Of a stretch of 22,837 nt of DNA, positions 1 through 9,000 are shown piece after piece. The notes beneath the pieces were generated by a model that did not search any database, was not told where the DNA came from, and saw only the letters and a program-made list of their open reading frames with translations. Position 1 is the first letter of the stretch, and every line of letters starts with the position of its first letter. Both the position numbers and the translations under genes were made by a program. The stretch is from Candidatus Binatia bacterium. GTDB taxonomy: Bacteria > Desulfobacterota > Binatia > HRBIN30. The stretch is taken from positions 1 through 22,837 of the forward strand of contig JBBRSP010000048.1 in assembly GCA_038245295.1 (NCBI GenBank), read 5' to 3'.

Positions 1-15
1 CTTGCAGTACGCCAT
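1..15 (-). CDS. Possible 5' end of a gene running off the window (MAYCK...)
   Basis: Minus-strand ATG at 15-13 preceded by a GGGGGAG Shine-Dalgarno-like motif; only 5 codons are visible. Confidence 0.3.
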
Positions 16-325
16 TTCGCCAGCTCCCCCATCACGGCGCTACACCACGACTATGGTAGTCGTCGCAGAATGCCCATAAGGTAGTCTGCAAGCGCCGCTG
101 CCGTGCCGCGTAGCGGCTCAGTTCAACTCCGGTTTGCAAAATTGCTCGCTCGACGATCGCCCGTTCTCGTCGCAAACGCCTCGCGCGCGCTCGACTTCTT
201 CAAACCTCTATTAGTTTGGGTGGCTAGGTACCCCTGCCCCGCCCGCCGATCGTCGATCCTGGGGCTTCCTAGCGCGTCGATTGCGGACGCTTTGGCGCCT
301 GAAACTGCCGCGCGCGTCCGGATAA

Positions 326-2236
326 TTATTTAATCGGACAGTCGAGGTGAATCGCCTTGAAGCGTACCTCGACTCCATTGGTGCCGCGGTGGCTGGCGAC
401 GGCGCCGACGCGGCGCTCGAAACCGGCGACGTTGTGGGCGCGTGCCGCGAAGGCGTAGTCGTCGAGGCTGAATGGTACCCACTCCAGCAGCACGCTGCCG
501 TCGTTCGCCAACCGTTGCACGACTCCGGCGGGGTCGCCACCGTTGGCATTGCCGCGCGCGTAGGCCGCCACCCAGTCACCGAAGCTCGCCGTCAGGTTGC
601 TCGTGAACCACAGGGAATGGCCGAGCGTCGTGCTGGGCACGCCAGGCACTTCCAGAATACGATCCGACAATAACGTCGATGTCGTTGACGTTCGCCGGAA
701 GCTGGCAAAACGCATCCGCCACTGGTCGTTGCCCGGCGGCGCGAGGGATGTCACCTCGCGCCAAAGAGTCGCGTAACGCTCGCCGTTCCACGCCGCACGC
801 TGGTTGTTCTCAGCGAGAAACCCTTTGGCTGGATTAACCGGTTTACTGGTGGTGATGCTGATCGTGTTTCCAGGGGCACTGATGAATTGGCTGACGATAC
901 CGCCGCTGACGCTGAGCACATCCTTCGACGAGACAACCACCGCACTGGTGCCATCGGTGGCAATGTGCGGCCCGAAGGAATGTGTGCCGTCGAACTCGAC
1001 GACGTTCAGGTCGCGGCTCTTGGCGGTTGCGTGATCCTCGAGCTTGTAGGCGAAGCTGCACTGGTGTGTGCCTTGGCAGACGTTCTCGATGCCGACCAGA
1101 AAGCCGCTACCAAACGGGACCATGTCGCCGATGCCGCCGGAATAACCGATGTCCGTGCGAATCGGCGCGCTGCGCGCCGACAGCACCCCGTCGACACTGA
1201 GATCGTAGTAATACTGGTAGGTCGTTTTGACCGACAGATCGATCGTCACCAACTCGTGAATCAACAGCCCGAAATGATCCTGGCGCCACGCCGCTAGATA
1301 GAGCGGCTCCTTGTCCTGGCGATGAATATCGACGAGGGCACGCGGTGTCGCGTCGAGGCGGCCGTTGAAGTCGACGTGGGCGTAGTAGAGAGTCGAAACG
1401 TCCTGAACACGGAAGGTGTTCTCGGTCTTGTCGCGCAACCAGAAGACACCCCACCCGGTCTGCGTCGGCACAACGTCCATGAAGTGCGCACGCCCCGCAT
1501 GCAACACGCCAAGCGCATCGCGCTCGTCGGGATGAAACATCACCTGCACATTTTGATTGGTGTTGGCACAGTCGGGCGTGGGGGTCGGCGTCGCTGTCGG
1601 AATCGGCGTTGGCACAACACCGTCGCCATTGCAGTCGCCGATCTCGATGGCGACGAAATCCTGCGTCACCACGGCATCCGAGCCGCCGGGCGACTCGATG
1701 CGTCCGTGCGTGCAATTGCCGCCGTTCAACACCGGCGCGATCGCGGTCACCGCGGTCGCCCCCGTCGCCGGCGGCGCAAACAACCAGCGCGAGTTGCACA
1801 TCCCGGCCGACGGCGGCTGCGTCACGATGCCGGTCGCTTGTTGCAAGATCAGCACGGCGTCGATCGCACTCAGCGACCCACTGCCGTTCACGTCGCATGC
1901 CAGCATCTGATTGGCATCCATCGGCCGCAAGCCAACCGAGGCCTGCAGCGCCGCGCTCGCGTCGATGGCGCTGGTGGTCGCCACGGCAATTCCGCCGGCA
2001 CTCGGCTCGATCGACCAGGACGATTGATCCGGGACCGTAACGCGGTAGTCACCATTCGCGTCGGTAACTCCATCGGCGCCACACCCGGAACAACGCATCG
2101 CCACGCCCGGCAAGGCCACCTTCGAACCAAGGACCCGCACACTACCGCTGACTACCGCCGCCGAGACCGCTGACGACGCGGAAACCACCGCCAGCAGCAA
2201 CGTCAGGCAACAAAATTTTCGCAGCCAACTCGACAC
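326..2236 (-). CDS. Secreted multidomain protein: signal peptide, carboxypeptidase-regulatory-like beta-sandwich, dockerin type I-like module, Pro/Thr linker, ~400-aa unknown beta-rich C-terminal domain
   Basis: 636-aa ORF; hydrophobic N-terminus ending in ASSAVSA; 'VSGSVR...TDANGDYRVT' Cna-B/carboxypeptidase-regulatory-like pattern; duplicated dockerin motif 'TSAIDASAALQASVG...CDVNGSGSLSAIDAVLILQQATG'; 'GDCNGDG'; PTPIPTATPTPTP linker. Confidence 0.75.
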   Translation of the reverse strand: MSSWLRKFCCLTLLLAVVSASSAVSAAVVSGSVRVLGSKVALPGVAMRCSGCGADGVTDANGDYRVTVPDQSSWSIEPSAGGIAVATTSAIDASAALQASVGLRPMDANQMLACDVNGSGSLSAIDAVLILQQATGIVTQPPSAGMCNSRWLFAPPATGATAVTAIAPVLNGGNCTHGRIESPGGSDAVVTQDFVAIEIGDCNGDGVVPTPIPTATPTPTPDCANTNQNVQVMFHPDERDALGVLHAGRAHFMDVVPTQTGWGVFWLRDKTENTFRVQDVSTLYYAHVDFNGRLDATPRALVDIHRQDKEPLYLAAWRQDHFGLLIHELVTIDLSVKTTYQYYYDLSVDGVLSARSAPIRTDIGYSGGIGDMVPFGSGFLVGIENVCQGTHQCSFAYKLEDHATAKSRDLNVVEFDGTHSFGPHIATDGTSAVVVSSKDVLSVSGGIVSQFISAPGNTISITTSKPVNPAKGFLAENNQRAAWNGERYATLWREVTSLAPPGNDQWRMRFASFRRTSTTSTLLSDRILEVPGVPSTTLGHSLWFTSNLTASFGDWVAAYARGNANGGDPAGVVQRLANDGSVLLEWVPFSLDDYAFAARAHNVAGFERRVGAVASHRGTNGVEVRFKAIHLDCPIK

Positions 2237-2349
2237 GTGTGTGGGGTTGTATCACCCGCGCAAAAGCTGGTCATGCGACTTCTGAAAAACCATTAGAGAG
2301 CACTCTTGCCCCCAAGACGCCCATAGCGAGGGCCAAGACTTCAACATCC

Positions 2350-2365
2350 TGCCCGACTTCGGGCA
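2350..2365. promoter_or_regulatory. 16-bp palindrome TGCCCGA-CT-TCGGGCA, candidate operator
   Basis: Perfect 7-bp arms with a 2-nt spacer in the divergent intergenic region, 49 nt upstream of the ATG at 2414. Confidence 0.45.
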
Positions 2366-2413
2366 ATTTTCTTGCGATTCGGGTGCTCAGATGGTTTCTT
2401 GCGACCACTGACG

Positions 2414-2686
2414 ATGACAACCACAACAAACCTCGAGGAACTGATCGACTACCTGGGACGCACACATGGCCTCTCGGAGCGGACGGCACAGCGGTTGGTG
2501 GACGAGGTGCTGTCGTATTGTCAGGAAACGGTGGAAGAATTCATCCGACGCCGCCACCGCGAATTGCAAGCTCTCGATCTCAAGAACGAAGCGATCTTTG
2601 CCGAGATCGCCGCAGAGCTCTCAACGCGGCGCTTTTGCGCTCCACCGCTGACCGAGCGTCAGATTCGTCGGCTGATCTACGGCTGA
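2414..2686 (+). CDS. Small hypothetical protein upstream of glmS (90 aa, all-alpha, possible DNA-binding protein)
   Basis: MTTTTNLEELIDYL...ETVEEFIRRRHRELQ...APPLTERQIRRLIYG; the ATG at 2414 is in frame with track ORF 2372..2686 and preferred over its TTG start; 45 nt from glmS; HTH-like segments 'LSERTAQRLV' and 'LTERQIRR'. Confidence 0.8.
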   Translation: MTTTTNLEELIDYLGRTHGLSERTAQRLVDEVLSYCQETVEEFIRRRHRELQALDLKNEAIFAEIAAELSTRRFCAPPLTERQIRRLIYG

Positions 2687-2731
2687 CGACCCGCGTGAAC
2701 CCACCGCCTATTCCGAATCGGAGGACATCGC

Positions 2732-4555
2732 ATGTGTGGCATCGTTGGATACATTGGTAAGCAAGACGCCGTTCCGGTCCTGGTCGCCGGCCTACATCGA
2801 TTAGAGTATCGCGGTTACGACTCTTCGGGTGTCGCCATCCTGACCACGGGCGGCCTCAAGGTACACAAAGCGGCCGGACGCATCCGCCAGCTCGAATCGA
2901 CCCTGCCGCGGCGACTGAAGGGTGTGGTCGGCATTGCCCACACGCGCTGGGCGACCCATGGCCAGCCCACCGACATCAACGCCCATCCGCATACGGACTG
3001 CCATTCCAACATCGCCGTAGCGCACAACGGCATCATCGAGAATGCTGGCCAACTGCGGGCCAGCCTGATCGCCAGCGGACACGTCTTCCGCTCGGAGACC
3101 GACAGCGAAGTCTTGGCCCACTTGATCGAGGCGGCGGAAGACGAGGATCTCGAGCGTCGCGTTCAGCGCGCCCTCAGTGTTGTGCAGGGAACCTACGGCA
3201 TCGTGGTTGTCGACGCGCGCCAACCTGACCGTGTCGTCGCGGCGCGCAATGGCAGCCCTGTCGTCATCGGTCTGGGCGAGCGCGAGATGTTCGTCGCCTC
3301 CGATGTCGCCGCCCTGGTGCGACACACCCAGCAGGTGGTCTACCTCGATGATCGCGAAGTCGCGACGGTCACCGCCGGTGGCTTCCGCACGGCCACCCTC
3401 GACGACACACCCACCAGCAAACGTGCCGACACCGTACCCTGGGGCGCCGAAGCGTATGACCGTGCCGGCTTCGCGCATTTCATGTTCAAGGAGATCAACG
3501 AACAGCCGGCGGCCTGCGAACGCGGCCTGAGCGGGCGACTCGATGGGCAGTTCCATACGGCCCACCTCGGCGGCCTCAATCTTACCGCCCGCGACCTGCT
3601 CGACATCCGCCGCATCAAGATCCTCGGCTGCGGCTCGGCCTACTACGCCGGTATCGCCGGGGCACATATGCTCGAAGGGTTGGCGCGTATCCCAGCCGAC
3701 GCCGAGCCGGCGTCGGAGTTTCGCTATCGCAACCCGGTCGTGCAGAAGGATGCGCTCTACCTGGCCGTCAGCCAATCCGGCGAAACTGCCGACACCCTCG
3801 CCGCCGTGCAGGAAGTGCAGCGCAAAGGTGGTCGCGTTCTCGGCATCGTCAACGCCGTCGGCAGCAGCATCGCACGCACCTGTGATGGCGGGATCTACAT
3901 CCATGCCGGACCAGAAGTCGCGGTAGCTTCGACCAAGGCAGTCACCTCGACACTGGTGGCCTTCGCGCTGTTGGCGCTGCACCTCGGCCGCGTTCGCGAC
4001 GTATCCCCGAGCGACGGAAAAACTTTCGTCGCAGCATTACGACGCCTGCCCGAACAAATCGCCGACCTCCTCCGAACAAGCGACGAGATCGCGCAGATCG
4101 CGCAGCGTTATGCCGCCGTCGGCAATGCGTTCTTCATCGGCCGCGCCGTCGGCTACCCGGTGGCTCTCGAGGGGGCCCAGAAGCTCAAGGAGATCTCGTA
4201 CATTCACGCCGAGGCGTATCCCGCCTCAGAGCTCAAGCACGGTCCGCTGGCGCTCGTGGGACCCGAGACACCTACGGTCGTCGTGGTTCCTCATGATGAT
4301 CTGATCGAGAAAACTCTGTCGTCCATCGAGGAGATCCGCGCGCGCCGCGGGCCGGTGATTGCCATCTCGCAAGTCGACGACGAGCGATTGCCCTCGATCG
4401 TCGACGCCGTGATCCGCGTACCGCGCACGCTGCCTCTGTTGAGCCCGATCCTGCTCAACATTCCGCTGCAATTGTTTGCCTATCACTGCGCCGTGGCTCT
4501 TGGGCGGGATGTCGATCAGCCGAGGAATTTGGCGAAGAGTGTGACTGTCGAGTAA
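2732..4555 (+). CDS. glmS: Glutamine--fructose-6-phosphate aminotransferase (isomerizing)
   Basis: N-terminal MCGIVG (Ntn catalytic Cys), LEYRGYDS, GIAHTRWATHG, NAHPH, HNGIIEN, SQSGETADTL, VASTK, C-terminal DQPRNLAKSVTVE; GGAGG RBS at 2720-2724. Confidence 0.99.
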   Translation: MCGIVGYIGKQDAVPVLVAGLHRLEYRGYDSSGVAILTTGGLKVHKAAGRIRQLESTLPRRLKGVVGIAHTRWATHGQPTDINAHPHTDCHSNIAVAHNGIIENAGQLRASLIASGHVFRSETDSEVLAHLIEAAEDEDLERRVQRALSVVQGTYGIVVVDARQPDRVVAARNGSPVVIGLGEREMFVASDVAALVRHTQQVVYLDDREVATVTAGGFRTATLDDTPTSKRADTVPWGAEAYDRAGFAHFMFKEINEQPAACERGLSGRLDGQFHTAHLGGLNLTARDLLDIRRIKILGCGSAYYAGIAGAHMLEGLARIPADAEPASEFRYRNPVVQKDALYLAVSQSGETADTLAAVQEVQRKGGRVLGIVNAVGSSIARTCDGGIYIHAGPEVAVASTKAVTSTLVAFALLALHLGRVRDVSPSDGKTFVAALRRLPEQIADLLRTSDEIAQIAQRYAAVGNAFFIGRAVGYPVALEGAQKLKEISYIHAEAYPASELKHGPLALVGPETPTVVVVPHDDLIEKTLSSIEEIRARRGPVIAISQVDDERLPSIVDAVIRVPRTLPLLSPILLNIPLQLFAYHCAVALGRDVDQPRNLAKSVTVE

Positions 4556-4558
4556 TCC

Positions 4559-4638
4559 GACTGCGGGGACCGCAACGACTACAATGACTGCAACGACTAG
4601 ATGTCGCCCCTGCAGTCATTGCAGTCCCTGCAGTCGTT
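4559..4638. repeat. Inverted pair of 9-mer tandem arrays (unit ~GACTGCA[A/G]N) between convergent genes; probable hairpin/terminator
   Basis: gactgcggg-gaccgcaac-gactacaat-gactgcaac-gacta (4559-4599), followed by reverse-complement units cctgcagtc-attgcagtc-cctgcagtc-gtt (4609-4638). Confidence 0.8.
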
Positions 4639-4649
4639 CAGGGGGAACA

Positions 4650-5039
4650 TCACCCAAGCGCTTTGCGAAACTTCTCCACCACCGAAGCCGCCGTCGTACG
4701 GGCGTCCGAGAGAATCCCGTCGGCCGAGATCTTGATCTCCTGCCACGACTCACCCGCCGCCGCCGACAGGCTCTTCAGCGTGCGCGCCGCCTCGCGTTGG
4801 CTGCCCTGCAAGGTCTTGAGCTGCGCGTTGGCTTCCTTGCGCAGGTCGCGGATGCGCAATTTGGCGTCGGCTTCGATCTTCTTCTCAGCGCGAATCAAGC
4901 CGCGCTTGATCTCGTCAATCGACTTCCCGAGGCCTTTGACACCCTTGTCGATCTCGCTGTAGGCGGCACGCGCCTCACGCCCCATCGCGGCGCGCAGCTT
5001 GCTCGCCGGACTCACTTTAGGTGCTTTCTTCGTAGCCAT
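4650..5039 (-). CDS. Basic coiled-coil hypothetical protein (129 aa), amphipathic helical; possibly phasin-like or stress-protein-like
   Basis: ATG at 5039 with an AGGAG RBS upstream; Lys/Ala/Arg-rich helical sequence with a 'LSAAAGESWQEIK' motif; function is not recognisable with certainty. Confidence 0.75.
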   Translation of the reverse strand: MATKKAPKVSPASKLRAAMGREARAAYSEIDKGVKGLGKSIDEIKRGLIRAEKKIEADAKLRIRDLRKEANAQLKTLQGSQREAARTLKSLSAAAGESWQEIKISADGILSDARTTAASVVEKFRKALG

Positions 5040-5067
5040 ACCCAACTCCTTCACTGGACAATCGACC

Positions 5068-5100
5068 AGTCGTTGCTGTCCCTGCAGTCGTTGCAGTCCC
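5068..5100. repeat. Third array of the same 9-mer repeat
   Basis: agtc-gttgctgtc-cctgcagtc-gttgcagtc-cc, same orientation as 4609-4638. Confidence 0.8.
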
Positions 5101-5119
5101 GGCGGAGTCGCGGTGCCGC

Positions 5120-5734
5120 TTACTCACGCAACTCCGCATTCCAATACGAAGCATCCACCGCCGACAGAAACGGTACCCACTCGTGGTACCGGCGCACGCT
5201 GAAGTTCTCGAGCATGAAGGGCGTCCACTCCGGCACTCGCGGACGATGCAGCAACCGCATCGACGCCTGCTCCGGCGTGCGACCGCCCTTGCGGCGATTG
5301 CATGGATGACACGAGCAAACGACGTTGTCCCATCGCGACAATCCACCCTGAGAACGCGGAATGACGTGATCGAGATTGAGCTCGTTGCGCGGGAAGGCGC
5401 GCCCACAATACTGGCAGGTGTTCCGATCACGCGCGTAAATGTTGTAGCGACTGAACCGGACGTTGCGCCTGGGCAAGCGATCGTAGGCGAGCAACAGAAT
5501 GACCCGCGGCACCCGAATTGCGCGCTGTACCAGGCCAATCGACTCATCGTGCACGGAGATCGACAAATCGGCCCAGCTATCAAAATCGAAAGTGCGGTAC
5601 TCGGTATCCACCGCGTGCGCCACCCCCTGGTAGAGCAACGTGAAGGCGCGGCGCACGGACGTAACGTGGATCGGTGCAAACGAGCGGTTGAGTACAAGTA
5701 CCTTCGTACTCAGCACGGACGGCACGGCCGTCAT
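5120..5734 (-). CDS. HNH endonuclease family protein (McrA/COG1403-like)
   Basis: VLVLNRSF...PRVILL.YDR..FSRYNIYARD..CQYCG...LDHVIPRSQGG..WDNVVCSCHPCNRRKG: two CxxC zinc-binding pairs plus the HNH motif. Confidence 0.93.
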   Translation of the reverse strand: MTAVPSVLSTKVLVLNRSFAPIHVTSVRRAFTLLYQGVAHAVDTEYRTFDFDSWADLSISVHDESIGLVQRAIRVPRVILLLAYDRLPRRNVRFSRYNIYARDRNTCQYCGRAFPRNELNLDHVIPRSQGGLSRWDNVVCSCHPCNRRKGGRTPEQASMRLLHRPRVPEWTPFMLENFSVRRYHEWVPFLSAVDASYWNAELRE

Positions 5735-5756
5735 GTCTTGCTCAAGCCCCGAAGCA

Positions 5757-5791
5757 CAATGCTTCCTATCTGATGAAGGAGCATTGCGTCA
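5757..5791 (-). promoter_or_regulatory. Possible sigma70 promoter of the HNH gene overlapped by an inverted repeat
   Basis: Minus-strand TTGACG (-35-like) with a weak -10 (TAGGAA) 18 nt away; CAATGCT...AGCATTG inverted repeat at 5757-5786. Confidence 0.3.
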
Positions 5792-5807
5792 ATGAACTAA
5801 GACTCAA

Positions 5808-5992
5808 GGCAGTGTCTCAGTTTGACCTGTCGGCGGGTGGTGGATCCCATCGCGGAGCGCGCCACTCCGTCCGTGGCGCCCATCTCTGGAATCCAACCCC
5901 GTAGCCGGTAAGGTTTCGTCGCCGGGCGCCACGGACTGGCGCGCTCCGATTAGAGACAATCGGTGGGCGTGGATCCCGAATTGAGACACTAC
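5808..5992. mobile_element. MITE (non-autonomous element) with imperfect ~16-bp terminal inverted repeats and an 8-9 bp target-site duplication
   Basis: Left end GCAGTGTCTCAGTTTG (5809-5824) versus reverse complement of the right end GTAGTGTCTCAATTCG (5977-5992), 13/16 match; AAGACTCAA directly repeated at 5799-5807 and 5993-6001; long internal stem-loop at 5853-5948; no transposase inside. Confidence 0.8.
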
Positions 5993-6036
5993 AAGACTCA
6001 ACGACGGTGGGGCATTTTCGATCGGGTTGCATGCCC

Positions 6037-9000
6037 TCAAGGCGCCGACACCTCGAAGGTGCGGCGCCGGCGGCCATAGAGCACCGCACTGCTGATCAGC
6101 AGCGCAAAGGCAATCATCACCTGAGCGCTGGCCAGGCTGCTGGCGCGTTCGGCCTTCTCCCCCATGCTCACGAGAGCCAGGATGCGCGACATCTCGTTGC
6201 CATCGAGGTCGTAGGTGCTCAAGTCGAGATCTTCGGACAGCTCGCCCGCCTGCCGCAGAAACACGTTCGGCGCCGCCCCCGGCTGCGGATTCACCTCGGG
6301 CGGGAAGTTGCGCGGCCGTGCTGTGTACGGCGTCAGATCGGATTCCGTGGTGAAGTAGTCACGCATGTCGGTGGCGTAGCGATCGTACTGACTCATCGGC
6401 GCCGCACCCATGAGCAGCAGCATGGTCTTGTTGATGCTCATGCTCGAGTGATGGCGGTGCGATACGTATCCGCGTTTTGCATACGGACTGATCACCAGAT
6501 CCAACGTGCGGTGCGCCGAGACGTGATCGACGCCACCCTGCGGATCGTCCTCGGTGACGAAGATCGCCATCTTGGGCCAGAACGGACTGTGTGTCAGCCC
6601 GTCGACCACCATACCCAGACCGGCGTCGTTGTCGGCAATGGCACTGCGCGGCGTCGGTTCGCCGGGGGTCGCTCCGAAGGTGTGATTGTTCGGCAGCCAG
6701 ATAAACAAGAACTTCGGTAGGACACCGCGTGCCGTGTACGCGTCGAGCTCGCCCTTGAAAAGCTCGGCACGCTCGGTATCGAGGCGATTCGGAATGATGT
6801 TGGCCGGGTAGTCGAGCATCTGGTTCGGCCACACCGTATTCTTGAGAATGTCGATGTTGACCCCTTTGGCGCGCAAGCTTTCGATGTCGCCGTTGACGAT
6901 CTGGAAGATCTCGTCCGCCGTCGGCAGTCGCCCTGGGAACGCCTGGGTGAGCGGCAGCGCGATGCTGCCAACACCACCTTGATTGATGCCTGTGGAAAAA
7001 CGCGACAACAACCCGAGTGTTTCACCGTACACGCGGAAGGAGATGTCCTGACGCTCGAGGGCGTCGAACAGATAACCACCCTTGGCGAAACCCTCCTGAC
7101 CTTGCTCGGTGATGCCGCTCGGAAGATTGCGGTCGTAGTTGCCAGGCCACAGCTTCTCCGTCCAATCCGTACAGTTCGATTGATCCTGCCACTGATGCCC
7201 GAGGATCGAGACTTCGCCGTCGTTGAAGAAGTTGTCGCCCATCGCAAACTCGCGCGCCAGCGCCTGGTGGTTGGGCGTCGGACCCGACGCCCACTCGGCC
7301 AACGACGGATCGCCGTTGCCCCCAGGGAACGTTCCGTAGATCTGGTCGTAGGTGCGGTTCTCCTTGAAGATGAAGACGACGTGCTCGATGGCCTCCGACG
7401 GCCCGGCCCCAAAATCCGCCGGCACCGGACCACCGCGTTGTAACTCCCCGTCGGCCGCAACACCGTCGACCCAACGCTGTGTCTGCGGCGCAAACCCGCA
7501 GTTGACAACCACCTGCGCCTGCCCGGCCTGAAGATCATATTGGTCGACGTTGTCGATCACCGACAGACTCCCCTTCAGGAGCTGGCCGATATAGGAGTCG
7601 TTGTACGTGCCGTTGAAACCCGGCCCACCATTCGGCCCCGCCGCCGCGGCCTTGGTGTTGCCGACATACAGCCGCTTGCCGTCGTTTGTCAGCGCCAGCG
7701 ACGTCGGATACCAGCCGGTCGGAATGAAGCCCGCCGTCGTAAAGGTTCGCGCCGTCGCATCCACGTTGATGACCTGCACGGCACTGATGCCAGCGTCAGC
7801 CACGTAGAGACGTTTGCCATCCGGCGACACAGCCAGGGCGTTCGGATAGAGGCCCTGCAATTGGCCATCGACCGGGCCTGGTTCAAAGATGTTGAGAGGC
7901 ACCTCGGCGATGCGAGTCAGCGTTGCGGCGTCGAGCACGATGAGCAAGTCGACGTTGGTCGCCGTGATGTACAAGAAAGCGCCGTCGGGACTGAGCGCCA
8001 TGGCGCTCGGATGACTGCCGCCGTGTTCGGTGCGGTGGTTGACGCGCACCGAACGGGCGATCGGCACATGCCGCAAGACCACCGGCGCGTCGGGATTGGT
8101 GAGATCGATCTCGACCAGCGCCGAGCGCTCGGTCTTGTTGGCGTCGGACGGCGGCAACGGTGCTGGGACGAAATCCGGCGGATTCGCATTGTTGATGCCC
8201 CATGACGTCACGAAGGCCCGCTTTCCGTCTTTCGCCAGCAGCACTGAGTACGGATAGTTGCCGGCTTGTTTGTCGGCTTGGTGGACGGTCTTCGTCGCCA
8301 GGTCGATCGATAGAAACGAATTGGTGCGCATCCCGAGGGCAAACAGATGCGAGCCATCCTGGCTCAACGCCAGACCGCTCGGGAACGTATTGTCGGGCAA
8401 CGTCAGGAACGGAGTTTCGGCTTTGCTCAACCGGCCGTCGTGCAGAGTGAGCTTGTCGATCCGATCCGGCGTACCGTTCTGATCGCTGCCGACGAAAATA
8501 CTCTCGCCGCCGGGTGTCATCGCCAAACCATAGAACTGTTGCACATCGATCTTCGACACCGCCAACGTGTGTGTGTCGAACGCTTGCAGGAAGAGCTCGT
8601 CGTGATCGTCGCTGTAGCCGTCGTTGGTGACGACGAGCGTGTTGCCGTCGGCGGTCAGCGCCATGTTGAGAGGCATCGTCTCGGTCGCCACCTGCGTGCC
8701 GGCCGGCGTGACGCGACGCCCGCTCGGCAGGATACCGAGCCCGCCGGACATCGGACCGGCAGGCGCAACTTGCTCCGGCGCCTGGAACGTGGCGATCTCC
8801 GCCGGACATCCATCAAGCCCGCGCTGCACTCCCTGCAGCACCTCGTCGACGGTCACCGCCCCGTCGCGGCCGGTGTCAGCGGGAGGACACGTGCGATACG
8901 GCGTCGACTCGAGTGCCACGCCGACGGCGCGGATCAGCTCATTGACGAAGACCTGGCCGTCACCATTGCAGTCCGAAGCACACAACGCGGCATGACCGGC

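Noticed and set aside
47..63. Palindrome ACGACTA-tgg-TAGTCGT upstream of the partial gene at the left edge
   Set aside because: It is a single 7-bp-arm repeat and the downstream gene is unknown, so there is too little context to call an operator.
2240..2731. glmS ribozyme
   Set aside because: No recognisable ribozyme core by eye. The space upstream of glmS is occupied by a protein-coding ORF and a 45-nt gap.
2732..4555. glmS as part of the bacillithiol system (GlcNAc supply)
   Set aside because: It is over 11 kb from bshA, on the opposite strand and separated by unrelated genes; proximity alone is not evidence.
4559..5100. CRISPR array
   Set aside because: The units are 9 bp, tandem and without unique spacers, and no cas genes are present.
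5120..6001. HNH gene plus upstream structured region as an IscB/HEARO-type RNA-guided nuclease system
   Set aside because: The 204-aa protein lacks the PLMP N-terminus and split RuvC motifs of IscB. The structured region is better explained as a MITE with TIRs and a TSD.
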